This document shows, in pieces, positions 25,700-39,079 of a stretch of 64,000 nucleotides of DNA (positions within the stretch are counted from its first letter, which is position 1; the number at the start of each line of letters is the position of its first letter). Below the pieces are notes generated by a model that saw nothing but the letters and a program-made list of their open reading frames with translations, ran no database searches and was not told the DNA's origin. The position numbers were made by a program, and so were the translations under genes. Source of the DNA: Camelus dromedarius (lineage: Eukaryota); the NCBI RefSeq assembly GCF_036321535.1, contig NC_087437.1, forward strand, positions 79,238,001 to 79,302,000. Direction: 5' to 3'.

Positions 25700-28330
25700 G
25701 TCACTTAAAACATTTTATTACAAAATAACTCAAGAATAGTGAAAGAATAGAGAATCATATAATGACCATCTACATAAGCAACACTCAGATAAATTAAATA
25801 TAACCAGTTATCATATTTAATTCAGAATTTTTCATAAATAAAACATTAAACAATTGAATGAGATCTACACATATATTCATCCTCAATCCATATTCCTTGT
25901 TCTATTCCAGATATAAACACTCTCTTAAATTTAATGTTTATAATTTCCATGTATATTGTTATAATTTGCATCAGTAATCACTATATAGCATATTGCATGT
26001 TTAATACTTTAAATAGAATCATGTCAGATATATTGGTATGTATCTTCTTTTAAAAATCACATTATTTTATGGGCTATATTTATTTTGATAGATCATTCCT
26101 TTTTAATTGCTGTAGAGGATTCCATTTGTTCATGGGCCTTTAAGCCTTTTTATCATTTGTAAGCAGTATTTTGGTAAACTTAAATATGCATACATATCTG
26201 CATGAGCATATGTGCATGAGAGTCACTGGAGCATGTATTTAGTACTGGAAACTTCTGACCTAGAGTTAGTGTATCTTCAGAGCTGATTGATATTGCTGAA
26301 GGATTCCCAAAGTGGATATACAACAATATCATGGAAGTCTTTCTTTGAGCGTTTTCTTTCCCCATCAGATCACCAATTTAGCATTTAGTTGCTTGGTGTT
26401 AGCAGACAAACATATTATCAATAGATGACATTGAAATGGTATTGCATTTATCTTTTAATTTTCTTTGCTCTGGACAACCAAAGATTTTTGAAATGTTTAT
26501 TGCCCATTAGTTCATGGCCTTTAGTCTTTCTTTTCTATTAAAATGTTGTTTTAATACTTGAATTTCTAGATAATTTTCATATATTCTGGATAGTAGTACT
26601 TTTGTCAGGTATAAATTCTATTTCTCCCATCTATATCTTTTTTTAATACATTGATGTATTTTTATGGTACAGGATATTTTTATTTTACTGTAATTTTATC
26701 TTTTAATCTTATTTTATACATTTTGTCTGTAAGAAATTTTCCTATATTGCAAATTATTTCACTTTCACTCAAACATTTTAAAGTATTGCTTTCAATATGT
26801 ATATCTTTTATATATATACATGTATACATAATTTATTTTCTGTATGGTGTAAAATAGAAATCCAGTGTTACATTTTAACATATAAATACAAAAATCACAA
26901 AGTCATTTAATGAAAAATCTATTTTTCTCTAATGATTCAAGATGCCACCTAGTTCATAAACAAGATTTCATATAAGGTTGAGCTTATTTCTAGAATCTCT
27001 ATTCTGTACTATTAAATAATTTGCCTACTACTATGCAAATTCTATACTATCATAACATAGGTTTGTATGACTTGTATTATATGTTGTTATTGGTACAGTA
27101 AGACTTCTTAACTGCACTTTTCTGTTTTATGAAAATTTTATAAGGTTGTCAATTTCTTTGAAGAAACTCATTGAATTTTTACTGATTTAGTGAAGTTAGA
27201 AGATTAATTTGAGGTGAGTAAGTGTCCTTATAATATTTAATATTCATAAGTGTAGGGTATAATTTTTTCATTTATTTAGAAATTTTTATATATCTTTATG
27301 TAAAATTTTATAATCATTTTATTTAATAGTTGTGTACAATATTTTTCCATTTTTTATTCATTGGAGCTCATAGTTTTGCTTCTTAGCATTTTAAAAATGT
27401 ATTTTTAGCTATTCTGTATGATCAGTATGTAGAAACGAAACTTACTTTCAGCAACAGCTAAATTTTATTTTTAATAGTTTCTGTGTGTAGATTCCCTCAT
27501 TAGGTTCAACACAAAAATTTGTTATTTTTATTTTTTGTAAATGAAAAGTGGTTGAGTAAGAGCAATTTCATATTGTTCATTTTCATATGTACAATTAAAT
27601 AAAAAAAACAGCAGTTTTCTTTTTCTCACTCAATCTACATATTTCTTTCCACAAATCATTGAATACTTGCTTTAAAATTATTTTAAAGTGTAATTCTCTT
27701 GGAATTGCCCTTTTCATACACATTTTTTATATTGGCTTTTCTATACTTTTCAAGTATTATTCTCTTATATAAAATCTGTGTTCAGCTACAGTTTGATTTT
27801 CTTTTATTCCTGTATTTCTCATCTGTAATTCTGATTTCATTAATCAAATGTGCTAGAAGTTTATCTTATTAGTTTTTTGAGGAACTTTTCTAATTTTCTA
27901 TTATGGCATTTTTTTCTATTGAAGGAATTTCCACTCTTTATTATATTTCGTATGCAGTTTCTTTTAACTTTCTCAGTTTTCTAATGTCCATGCTTGAGTG
28001 TTCAGCCTTTAATTTTATTTCCTTTATCTTTTCTATTGCAATCATGTAGAGCAGAAAACTTTCTTACAAATATTACTTAAATTTAATTCTTCAAATTTTA
28101 ATATGTAATATATCATCATTAAATACTAAGTATTTTCTGAATTTTATTGTTTTTATGCAATTATTTAGTATATTTTAATAGTTATTTTGAAGTAATTTTG
28201 TTATTTTATTTGATTCCATGGATACATAAAAAAGTATTCATAGTAATATTTTAGTCACCTTAATTCTAAGTTGCATTAAATCAGAGAACATGATCATCAT
28301 ATACAGTTTTTAATAAAGGCTAGTATATGA
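25700..28330 (-). mobile_element. Long degraded old L1 (L1ME/L1M5-like)
   Basis: T-rich tract with antisense L1 motifs (catatattctggatagtagtacttttgtcag, ttttctgtatggtgtaaaatagaaatccag, ttatttctagaatctctattctgt). Confidence 0.7.
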
Positions 28331-31074
28331 TTCTGCAAGATCGCTCTTCTAGGGCTTTATTTTGAAATCTTTTTTGTTGTTTTTTTGTTATTATTTTTAT
28401 TATAGCCTGTAAGAGTGCCATGAGTTTCCTACTGGGGAGAAAAGTCTGTCTGTTGTTGCCTGTTCAAGTAAATAATTTCTACTGTATTTTCCCACAGGAC
28501 ATTTTTCTTGAATCTCAGTTGTGCATATTTCCAACTAAGAATAGCAGATCTAGAGTCTATGATAATCACAATATAGGTTTCATATTGAAGAGGTATCTCA
28601 CTTTCTGTTTTTATTTAACTCCTAAACAGTATAATGATCAGTCAGTATTTCCACAGTACAAATTGAAATGCCAGTTGAAGCTTTGGACTTCACAGGGAGG
28701 GGAGTTTATGGAAGAATCGGTGTCACATTTTCTAAGACCTGCTAAGATGCTCTTTTATTACCTTTGAGTAGTAATTTCCTAAGTTCTGTTTAGGTTCAAG
28801 GTACCTTGTAAGAATTTAATGTATTTGTGGCATAATATATGCAATTAAGGGTAACTTTTGGCTCATTAAAGAATAAATGTATTTATTGGAAAGTTATTAT
28901 CAGTACCTTGAAGTTTTGGAGATCTTTGAAATAAGGCACTATATGTAAAACCAACCAACAAAAACTCTCTCCCCACCAAAAAAAGAAAGACAGACAAAAA
29001 ATGCAGCCAGGTCTCACCTGGCTGCACCTTATAAAATTTGCTCAAATTTTGATCCTGAGAGGCCAAGAAGATGAAACACAGTTTTGTTTTGTTTTGTTTT
29101 ACCTATCTAGAGCTACATGTGGACAAAATAACGAACTCTATCTTCATTTAAAAAAAAAAACAAAACCAACTCTTTCCTAAAGGGAAGGTGACTAGACTCT
29201 GTAAAACTGCTATTGATACTGAAATGGAAGAGCTTTGCTCTAAAGCCAGTGCACTCTGACCCATGCACAGAGAGTATCATCTGGCCAGTGCTCAAATCAG
29301 GTGGCCCCGTTACTATGAAAAAAAGAGTAAGGAAGTCACCTATGGATACTTACAAAGAAAGGTAAAGAGCAAATGTATTTGCATATTTTAAGTGGTGTGT
29401 CCACACAGGGCCGAGTTTGTCCTCCCAGGGATACAATGTCTCTTCAAGCAATAAGGAATTCTAATTTGTATCAATTGCATCTTATGAAATAAATAGGATT
29501 CTATTTTTATCCTTCAAATCTTCCTATAGTAAAATTAGCACTGAAAAGGCTGTTTTTCACCCTTCCCCCACTGCTGTCTTAGTTTTAAATGTATTTGCCA
29601 AAAGGGGAAAAATTATTTTTAATTGGAAAAAGAATGAATTTGGCATTTTGATATAACAAAATACAGCTTTAAATGAGCTGTGTATCTCATCAAGATTAAT
29701 CAAGCCTTTCTAATACGCATGGCCCAATCAAAGTTCCTCTTTGGTCTAAATAATTTTAATTAAGCAATTCTACCTTCTGCAGTGGTCATTACCAGGAGAT
29801 AATTGACTGAATCAGTAATGAAGCATTTGGTGGATGCTAAACAAACAGCAAGGTTAATTATCTGGCAGTGATGTCTGTTGTGGAGGTGCAGTGCTGGCCT
29901 TCCAAGTTTCCTAATCCCCTGCAGCACCTCTTAGTAAATTATAATAATCCTCATTCAAATATATTATACAACCACAGTTGCTATGCACACCACGTAGGGT
30001 CAAATCAAGTGATTGAAAACCTCATTTAAATATAATAATAGTGAAATGTGCTTTTAAAATTAGCCTATTTCTTTGGGGCAGCATGTTTCCTTTCTCTTAT
30101 TTAATTGTTCCTTCAATTTTAAATTTTGGAATAACTCTCCAAATTCTGCAGCTTGGTACCAGCAGAACTGACAGCAAAGATATATTTTGCTTCAAGACAC
30201 AGTCCAGAAGGTTTATATGATGCAATATATAATCCCATAGCTTATCTGATATTTTTATATTCACTCAGCAATTGTTTTGCCCCTTTTTTCTATCTTGCCA
30301 ATAAATTATTTGTCCTCGGTTACCTGATGAATCAGATTGTTTTTAAGCAGCACACAGGTACATTTTGCATTTAATTTCATTCACTTGACTTTATGCTTTA
30401 AAAAAGTGATTGTGTAAATGTTATTATTTAGTAAAAAAATGGTATTTGAAATTCATGTCAAAAGTTTCTTTATAAAAACAACTTCTTTATAAAAGTAAAA
30501 ATAAAATAATAATAAAAATAATCTTGAGCTAAGGTGATTTGTTCTTTAAACCAAAGGAATGTAAAAAGTCTTTTTTTGTTACATTAAATCTGCTAAGATT
30601 CTGAGCATTATTTTCTAAACTGTTTTCCTAGGTCATTGGATATCTATGGTTTTAAATTTTCTAAACTCTGTAGAATTTTGGACATTATAATTGGATCCCT
30701 GTTATCTAAATATTATAAACAGAAGATAACTAAATTTTTATTAAGAGGCATTCAGCAAGTAATATAGTCTTCTTTCTTTTCCTCTTTTTTCTGAAAGTAA
30801 AAGTCAACCTAATACATGTACCTTGTAGAAATATTGAACAACTTAAAAAGTAATTGACTAGAAATGTATTCATATGGAATATGTTTGAAATATTATTTTA
30901 CTTTAAGCATCTATTCTTGTGAGGATAAAAAAGTTTAATGCACAGCACCCAACACATGGTAAGTGACCATATGTGCTGATTATTTACCAATGTTGCTATT
31001 ATTATTTCTACTTATTATGCAAGAGGCAGAGTACAATATGAAGACTGCAAAGGAGCTTAGACATTTAAATTCCA

Positions 31075-31260
31075 TGTTTTGGGGAGGAAGAAATTTTCTT
31101 GTATCCTTCTAGGTTCTTCTGGCTGGTATAAGAATTAAATTAACATGAGACAGATTAACAGGAGAAAAGCAACCATGTATCCATGGGGAAGACCCAGGAA
31201 AACTGAGTATAAATACCATCCTCAGTTAAAGACAAAAGATGTTGGGGGTAGTGGTTCAGT
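31075..31260 (-). mobile_element. ERV1 LTR fragment (3' end)
   Basis: ggttcttctggctggtataagaattaaattaacatgagacagattaacaggagaaaagcaa resembles laurasiatherian ERV1 LTR U5 ends. Confidence 0.65.
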
Positions 31261-34200
31261 TAGATCCAGTTGGTTTTGATAAAATTTCCAGTGAGCTAAT
31301 TTCTTAGTGATCTGAAAGCCAAAGGAAATAATTGTGTTCATAAAAATAAAACTGATGCATATGACTGTGGACTTTGTTGGAATTCCTTTGGTAGCCAGAC
31401 CGACACGATATTGATTTTTTTTTTTTCCTAGTAGGAGTTAAAGAACAACATGACACTTCCAAACAAAAATCCAAACTCTACTACAGAGATGGTACTGCTA
31501 GTTTTCTGAAGTAGAGATGAAGAAAAATCTTTTTAATTGCAATGAAGAGAATACCCATAAAACTAAAGAGAAGTTTGTGGGGTTTTTTTCCTTTTGAACA
31601 TGCTTTCTTTCCTAGGAAAAAATGATTTTCTATGACTTTTTTTCTGCCACTAGCCCATCTTAACCAATATAACTAAATAAAAAATCTGATGTAGCAAACA
31701 ACAACAAACATCTTCTAAGATATCTTGGATGTTTCCCAGTTATAATGGGAAGCAAAATAGAGCAGAAATAAAAAAATAGTCATGGGCTAAATTTGAAAAG
31801 TATAAATTGTATTTTATTAGATTTATTTCAAGTTTTAAGATAAAATATTTCTCAAACTTTCATTTTAACTTTTTCTTTAATACATCTTATAGAATTTTGT
31901 TCCCTCCTTTTTTAATCTATGCATAGCATCATTAATGGTATTCTATGCATGGAGTTTTAGTTGCAGGGTCTTAGCAAATGTCTGCCTCATGTGATAGTTG
32001 GTAGTGATAGGTCATTTACCTTAACCAAGTTCATTCACACAGATTTCTTTCTCAGGAACAAAGGCAATCTCAATTTAATAAGCTTTAAGAAATACATACT
32101 TTTACAAGGTAATCTAATCACTTTATGTGCAAAATTTACAAAAAAATATTTTGGCCAAACTGATGGCACACAGCAATACATTTTAGAAGATCTAGTGTTA
32201 ACTTATAAATTATTTGAAATTTATTTTCTGTTATTTAAAATAATTTAAGGTTTTGTATTTTCTGTTTTGATTTTTCATCCAAGTACATAATGCCATCATA
32301 AATTCAATTCATGTTTTATTTCTCAAAAAATTATTCCACATAAAAGTCATATCAGATTACCTATACTCCCCATCTTTCATGTGATTAATGGAATTATGAC
32401 ATAAATTAGGTTGGAATTATTACAATTTTGAAAAAGTTAGAGATGGACTTGACCATCTACATCCATACATTTCTATGTACATCAACATAGAATTTGGGAA
32501 CAAGATATTTTGCAAATATTTTGAACACCCATATAGTTGAAGCTCCTCAAATCTATTCACATAGAAAACTAAGCAGAATTAATCCACTGATAAATCAAAT
32601 TTATTTTAATAATTTAAAATGCCTAGAATTAAAAAAAAAATCAAAATAGAAAGGGATATAGGAACTTTAGTCACACAAATCAAACTAACAAAATTTGAAG
32701 TGCAGACAATCACATTTTACACTACAAAACCATGGAGAACACAAGTTTGCATGGTATCCCATCTGACTAGGTCCCCAACTCCATCATGGGTCTTATATGG
32801 CAATGGCAGTCCCTCTCAGGGATTCTTGCCCTGGAGAGTGGTGGGTGAGTCAAGCCAAAAAGAAGAAAAGCTTTAATTTCCCATGAATAGCACTAAAACA
32901 GGCAACAAGAGAAAATGGAGACTGCAGGACATAAAAAGACTTCAATTTCCTTATCTAGATGGGCTTATTCTAGATACCTGACTTTGGCCAGATTTATTTC
33001 CCCTTAAGGTCACGTACTCTATTTAGAAGTCCTCATTTTTGTGAGACATTTTATCTGCTTAAGACATTGTTTGGCTAAAGAAAATGTGTCTCTACAAAAA
33101 AAGAGTGAATTAAAGCGTTGACGCCCACATAATATTTTTGATGCAGATAAACAGTTAAAAAGAAAAGATGATACAAATTTTGAAAATCTGCCTATTTTTG
33201 AAAAGAGAATTATTGTGTCAAACTACGCACATTTATGGAAATGATGGAACAACGGGTTGAAGTTCTATATCTGCCTTTGCTACATAAATGCACATTTTTG
33301 CCTGTGGTCCCCAAATCAGAATTTTCAAATAACTCAAAATTGAACTAACTCATCCGTATGAATCCCCCACCACAGGCAAACACACACAAAGACACTCACA
33401 CACATGCTCTCTCTCTCACACACACACAAACATACACTACAAAAGCATTGTTTCCAAAGGGCCCTGCTTTCCCAGTGCTTCAGGATACGTATCTGCTGGA
33501 AAAATATCACTGGTTTTAATCCTAAGAAAATGACAAATCTCCATCAACCCAGCCAAAAGCAAGTATACTTACTAACTTTACCGATGTTTGTAATTTATTT
33601 CTAACAAGAATTAACATATATTTTCCTTTCATTCTAAAGATGGAAGCAAAGAGAATTATCTTCAAAGGTCACCAAATGCATTATTGCATTAAAATAGACA
33701 TATTACCTTTCTAGATATTCTTTCAGTCTTTCAGCCATCTTACTGATATTTGGCATCTCTTTTAGATGTAATTCCAGGAGAGAAACCTAATCAGTTCTCG
33801 GGTCTGATTCCAAAGTCTCACATGAGGTATGTACCTTGCAGAGTTATTTGAAATCTTTCTTCTCTGATCTTCCTGAGTTCAATAAAAGAGATAAATATTT
33901 CTCAGTAGAAATTATTTTTCTGTAACATATAACAAACATAAAGTAAAAAAAATTCAAAAACAAATTCAGCCTTATACTATTTTTTAAGAAAAGGAATTTA
34001 TCTTTTTTTTTTGGATTGCTGTCATAACTGCAAGAAAATTTTAATATTTATTATTTCTCAGCTGGGTAAAAAAAAATCGCTTTATTTTCTCTTACCCTAC
34101 ATTATTTGTAATACATGAACTATTATGAATTATGCAGTTATAAATGTATAAAATGAAGAATTCATCGTTTCTAAATTAAATTACAGTGTGCAGATTACAT

Positions 34201-34379
34201 TGATTATCTATAGTTTTCATAACGCTTTGTCTCTGTGCTGGCTAATCATGATCTAGCTGGCATTAGAGATAGTCCAAGTCATTGCAACCAATACAATTTT
34301 GGAAAACACATTGTAAACTATATCATTTTAATTCAAAAGCATGTTTGTTTTACATTTTTTATTTGAACATCTCAATTTT

Positions 34380-34880
34380 TCAGTTTATTCCTAAATATAA
34401 CTTTCATACCTACTATGTGCAAGTAGCTGGCAATACAGACATTACTGAAACACTTTCAAATGCCTTATCATACAGTGGGGAAAGTAAGACCAATGCTGTA
34501 GAAAGACATGAGAAGTTTAAACCAGAGTATGCCTAGGGGTGTGATGGTTGTACAGAATTTTAGTTAACCCAGCGTGGCAAGTAGTGGGTGAGGAGAAGGG
34601 AGGCACACTCTTCGCACTGAAGAAGTTTACATCTGACCAAAGTTAGAGAAAGCAGGTGATCTATCAGTCAGGAGGCTTGTTATAATGAGTATTTCAGCCA
34701 ACTTACACTACATGAGCAATCACACAAAGGTATGAAATAAAGGAGTGAAATAACATATTCTGGGAACTGCATGTAGGCTGAGATAGAGAGAGTAAGGAAT
34801 TTTAAGGGGTTGGAAATGGAGAAACATAAAGGGGAAGATTATTAAAAATTCTATGTGACTCTAAGGAGTCTGGACTTCAT
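34380..34880 (-). mobile_element. L2 LINE 3' fragment
   Basis: acctactatgtgcaag...tacagtggggaaagtaagac...aaggagtctggactt antisense L2 pattern. Confidence 0.6.
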
Positions 34881-35094
34881 AAAGGATACCACATTTTCCT
34901 TTTATTCTATCAGCCTGAGAGATGTAGCTGCTTACTGCTGTTGCTTATCTCTGGGTTGTCTCACTGTTTGTTTCTTTGATTTATTTGGGGGGGTTTTCAG
35001 CACTTCCCACACTAACTTAAGTAGCTTTCTATTTTGAAATCCTTCCATCAGGTCACTGCTGTGGGCTCTGTTTTACTGACACAGTCCTGATCAA

Positions 35095-35840
35095 TATAGA
35101 CTATTAATAAAAGCATCGATACGAATATTCTTGCACATGCTTCCTGATGCACATATGAAAGTATTTTCTGAAGCTGCATATCCATTACAGTACACACTGG
35201 CCACATATGGCTATTAAGTACTTGAAATAGGTTTTTTTTTCAATCTGGACATGCTCTATGTAGAAAACACAGCTGATTTTGAAAATAGTACCAAAAAAAA
35301 AAAAAAGAATGTAAAATATCTTACACTTTTATATTGATTATATGTCAAAATAATATTGTAGATATATTGTTATATAAAATGTATTATTAAAGTGTGTATC
35401 GCCTGTTATTTTTTATTTTTAATGTGGTTACTAAAAATTTAAAATGTACATGTGGGTTTACATTATATTCCTATTCCACAGAGTTGCTCTAAGGTACATG
35501 ATTGGGGGGGAATGGTTAAGTCATGGATGTACATTATCTTCATCTTTACTAGAAAACTTTAAATGCTTTTCCAAAGTGGTTGTAATAATGTATAGTCTCA
35601 TCAGTAGTGCATAAGAGTTACAGTTTGCTCCACCTCCTTTCTCATAGTTTCTATTTTACACTTCAGTTTTTATTAAACCGATGAATAATATATATAATGA
35701 TAGCTCAGTGCATTTCTCTGGTCACTAGTAACTTGTGTACGTTTTCATATTTTAGTCTATGTACTGTTTTGCATAGCATCTTCTACTAAGCCTACATTTC
35801 TACAAATATTTAAGAGTGAATATTTATATATCATAGATTA
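35095..35840 (-). mobile_element. Old L1 fragment interrupted by MER33
   Basis: gaatattcttgcacatgcttcctgatgcacatatgaaag continues after MER33 as ...aatgcttttccaaagtggttgtaat...cagtagtgcataagagtt. Confidence 0.65.
35174..35486. mobile_element. MER33 (hAT-Charlie) DNA transposon
   Basis: cactggccacatatggctattaagtacttgaaat...aaagaatgtaaaatatct...tttaatgtggttactaaaaatttaaaat...tatattcctattccacag; degenerate 8-bp flanks ttctgaag/ctctaagg. Confidence 0.85.
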
Positions 35841-37199
35841 AAGATTCTCTGTATGCTTCTAATTTTTATAAAATGCAGTCACATTTTAGTATAAATACTT
35901 AGTGAATCTCCACCAAAATTAAACACAAATATTCAAGCAGAATAAAAAGAGGAACATCAAATGTTGCAGTCAGATTTATAGTTTTAGATTTATATTGGGT
36001 CAGAGCATGTACTTCAGACTAGACAAATGTATTTGAAACAGGTCTGATGATTTTACTTTATAAAGAAAAATGTTAACCCCTTTATTGATACAGACATAAA
36101 GAAGAATTCCTGTCCACTGCCAAAGCTTTAAAACACATCCTACACAGCCAGGGTCCTATTTCACCTGTCTCGGGGCTTTAGGGACAGGGAGCAGGTGTTT
36201 GTCGGAGAGCTGGTTTTATAGCAGATCTTTGTTTCAAGGTGCTGAATCTCTTATGACAAAAGCAAAGCAATTTGGGTATATTTACAATTGAAAGAAGTGC
36301 TTACAATTTAAAGCTGTCAGCAAATTTTCCTTCACACTCATCATAAATTCAATTTATTGAAATTCACCTTGTGATTGCTTTCAGGGCTTTATAATCTCAA
36401 ATTGAACAGAGCACTCAAACCAGTGGCACTGTCCGTAAAGGAGAGGCAAATCCAGTCACATATCATTTGCTCATAAACTTACATTCAGCCAGCTGCTGCA
36501 TATGAAGCTCCCTTTCTTGGCAGAAAATACATAGATGTAGTTTTTCCTCTTTGTGCAGGCTGGTTGGTAAGCATATAAAAGACTGGGAAAGACAGTCATC
36601 ATGGAATTCTGAGAAAAACAAAGTTGATCTAATGTGCTTAATTGAAACGCTGCTGGATGAGATAAACTGGATAGAGTGAAAAGCATGTTTGTGCACGTGA
36701 GCCATGAAAAGAGTAAGTAAATATAAATGTTAAAAGAAATATCATTTTTCAGTTTCCATCTATGCCAGTTTGAACATTAAGTATTAAAACATTCAGACTT
36801 TGTCATGAACATTATTAATTTTTACTCACAACAGTATGGGTTGTAGTAGGCACAAAGTAACAAGACAAATGAAGTGATAAATTCTAGGTTCTTAGCTTAA
36901 ACATACGAAAAATGCTTCAAAAGTAAGGTCATGTGCTTAAAATATTAGAGTTTCAATATTGTCTGTAAATCATTCAGCACTGTTTTATGAGCTGTAAATT
37001 TAGCAGTTAAAATAAGCATCCAGACTAAACTTAACAGTCAATATCTCTATAAGAAATATACTTATGTTTGTTTTTTAGAACCTTTAAAGAAAAAAATTAT
37101 ATGGCAATAATTAAGATATCCATAACTGAAATATTTACATAACTTATACAATGTAATCCCTTCTTTTCATCCACTTATCACTTATTCTCTTACTCTCTT

Positions 37200-37380
37200 C
37201 CTTGAGCTTGAGAAGCCCTTTCCGCACATAACAGTGTATACTTGCCACTATTATAGTTTACTTGTCTCAAAGTTGTGTCTTCCACCAGACTCTGGGCTCT
37301 CTAGGGAAGAGATTGCGTCCAATTCTCAGTTGCAATTAGAAGCTCAAAAATTAAAATGATGAAATAAATAAGTAAGTAAA
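37200..37380 (+). mobile_element. L2 3' end fragment
   Basis: gtcttccaccagactctgggctctctagggaagagattgcgtc...aataaataagtaagtaaataaa. Confidence 0.55.
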
Positions 37381-37655
37381 TAAACTTGCAGTTATAAGGT
37401 AAATAATTTCTGTGGATCTAATGAACAGCATGAGTAACTAGTTAGTGATACCGTGTAGTTGAAATTTGCTAATATGGAGATCATAAATGTTCTCACCATA
37501 AAAACATGTGAATATGAAATATATATATAATTAAATAATAGATGTGTAAACTATACTGTGGTAATAATTTTACATTATATACATATATCAAAGCCTCATA
37601 TACACCATACATTTATACAATTTATTTATTTATCAATTAAGGTGGAAAAATAAAA
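37381..37655 (+). mobile_element. L1MA-type 3'UTR
   Basis: cagttataaggtaaataatttctgtggatctaatgaacagcatg...gaaatttgctaa...aaatgttctcacca...tatacatatatcaaa. Confidence 0.85.
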
Positions 37656-39079
37656 TATATATGTACATAATACATATAATCAAATATCATGTTGAAATTC
37701 GTATAGCCAGTGATCTGTTGCTTTAGGTTCAATTTTAAATCTCTATGTGTTCTTTTATTTTATGGATATATTTTGCATAGAGCCTTTACTCCTACCATAG
37801 CATGAACAAAGACACTTTTCACAGGACTTAATCTGGTTACCAGGTCTAGAGGCACAATATTGTGTGTTACAAAACTCTGGCTTTCAAAAGAATGAGAAAT
37901 TTGAAAGAAATTGAATGATATTCTGTAGGACAGAACATCTGAAGAAATACAAAATGCAAAAATAAGTCAGAAATGAAGTGATAATACTTCTCTTAGATGT
38001 GGTTGGAAGGAAACAATGATGCTGATTAGTTCAGTCAGTGGAGATTTGCAATAATGCATCACACACAAAACTATGACGAGGATACAGATTCTGACCATAG
38101 GTTTCTTAGTCTCTATAAAATGTACCATGAAGACAGCCTGGTGTCCACTGGCATAAGTAGTGACTCAGAGTTCACATGTGTTCAGCTAGAATATGCAACA
38201 TTTCTTTCTTTTCATTTTCCCAAGGGACAGCTACTAAAGAATGGAGGAAGCTTCAGATAAATTGATTGTAGGAGGATATTATAAGAGGAAAAAATCTACA
38301 TTAAGCCACTGAAAAGAATTAAAGTTATGATTTAGATTTCATTTAAATGATAGCTTCTGCTATTTTGTCTTTGAATTAATTTGTACACACTTCCTTAGAC
38401 ATAGTCTAGACTCTTCTAAAATATCTAATAAATGAGAAATTTTCACACTGCCTCCCCCTCCCCATATCTCATTTGTATTACAAATTTATGTGGTAGCTTA
38501 GGAAATTATTTTTCCATACCACTGGAACTTGTTTGGAGATTAAAATGTGCACTGCAATAAATCAGGTAATTGCCTGATGAATTATTATTAATCTCCCATG
38601 CTCTGTATAATATCATCGTCTTTCTAAGTGTTAAATATCTGATTGTGCTTATCTTCGAAAGTGAGCAAATTAGGTGACAACTAGGGAGTTAATTCAGGCT
38701 TTAGAGTTGTTCTATTCAATCCTGAAAATATTCCAAAAGATCTCATCCACAGTTGCCAACTTCATGAATTAAATAAATAGGGATGAATAAGTAGAAATAC
38801 TCACATGGCACATATTTGGTTAAGAAGAGGAGTAAAAGTAATGATTGTTTCATAAAGGAAAACATATCATTCTGATTCTTAAGTTGGAATCAGGAAAAAG
38901 AAAAAAAGGAATAGGCCACAAAGGAAAAATTACTCCTCTGTTTGTCAGAGCCATTTTATATAAGTTCAGCCATGGTAATGAAAACCTTTTACACAATCCA
39001 GCCTAATTTAATGAATAATTTTCCCTGGGATATGTATGTTTTATCAAAGTACTTTGTAACATTTAAAAATTGTAATAAA

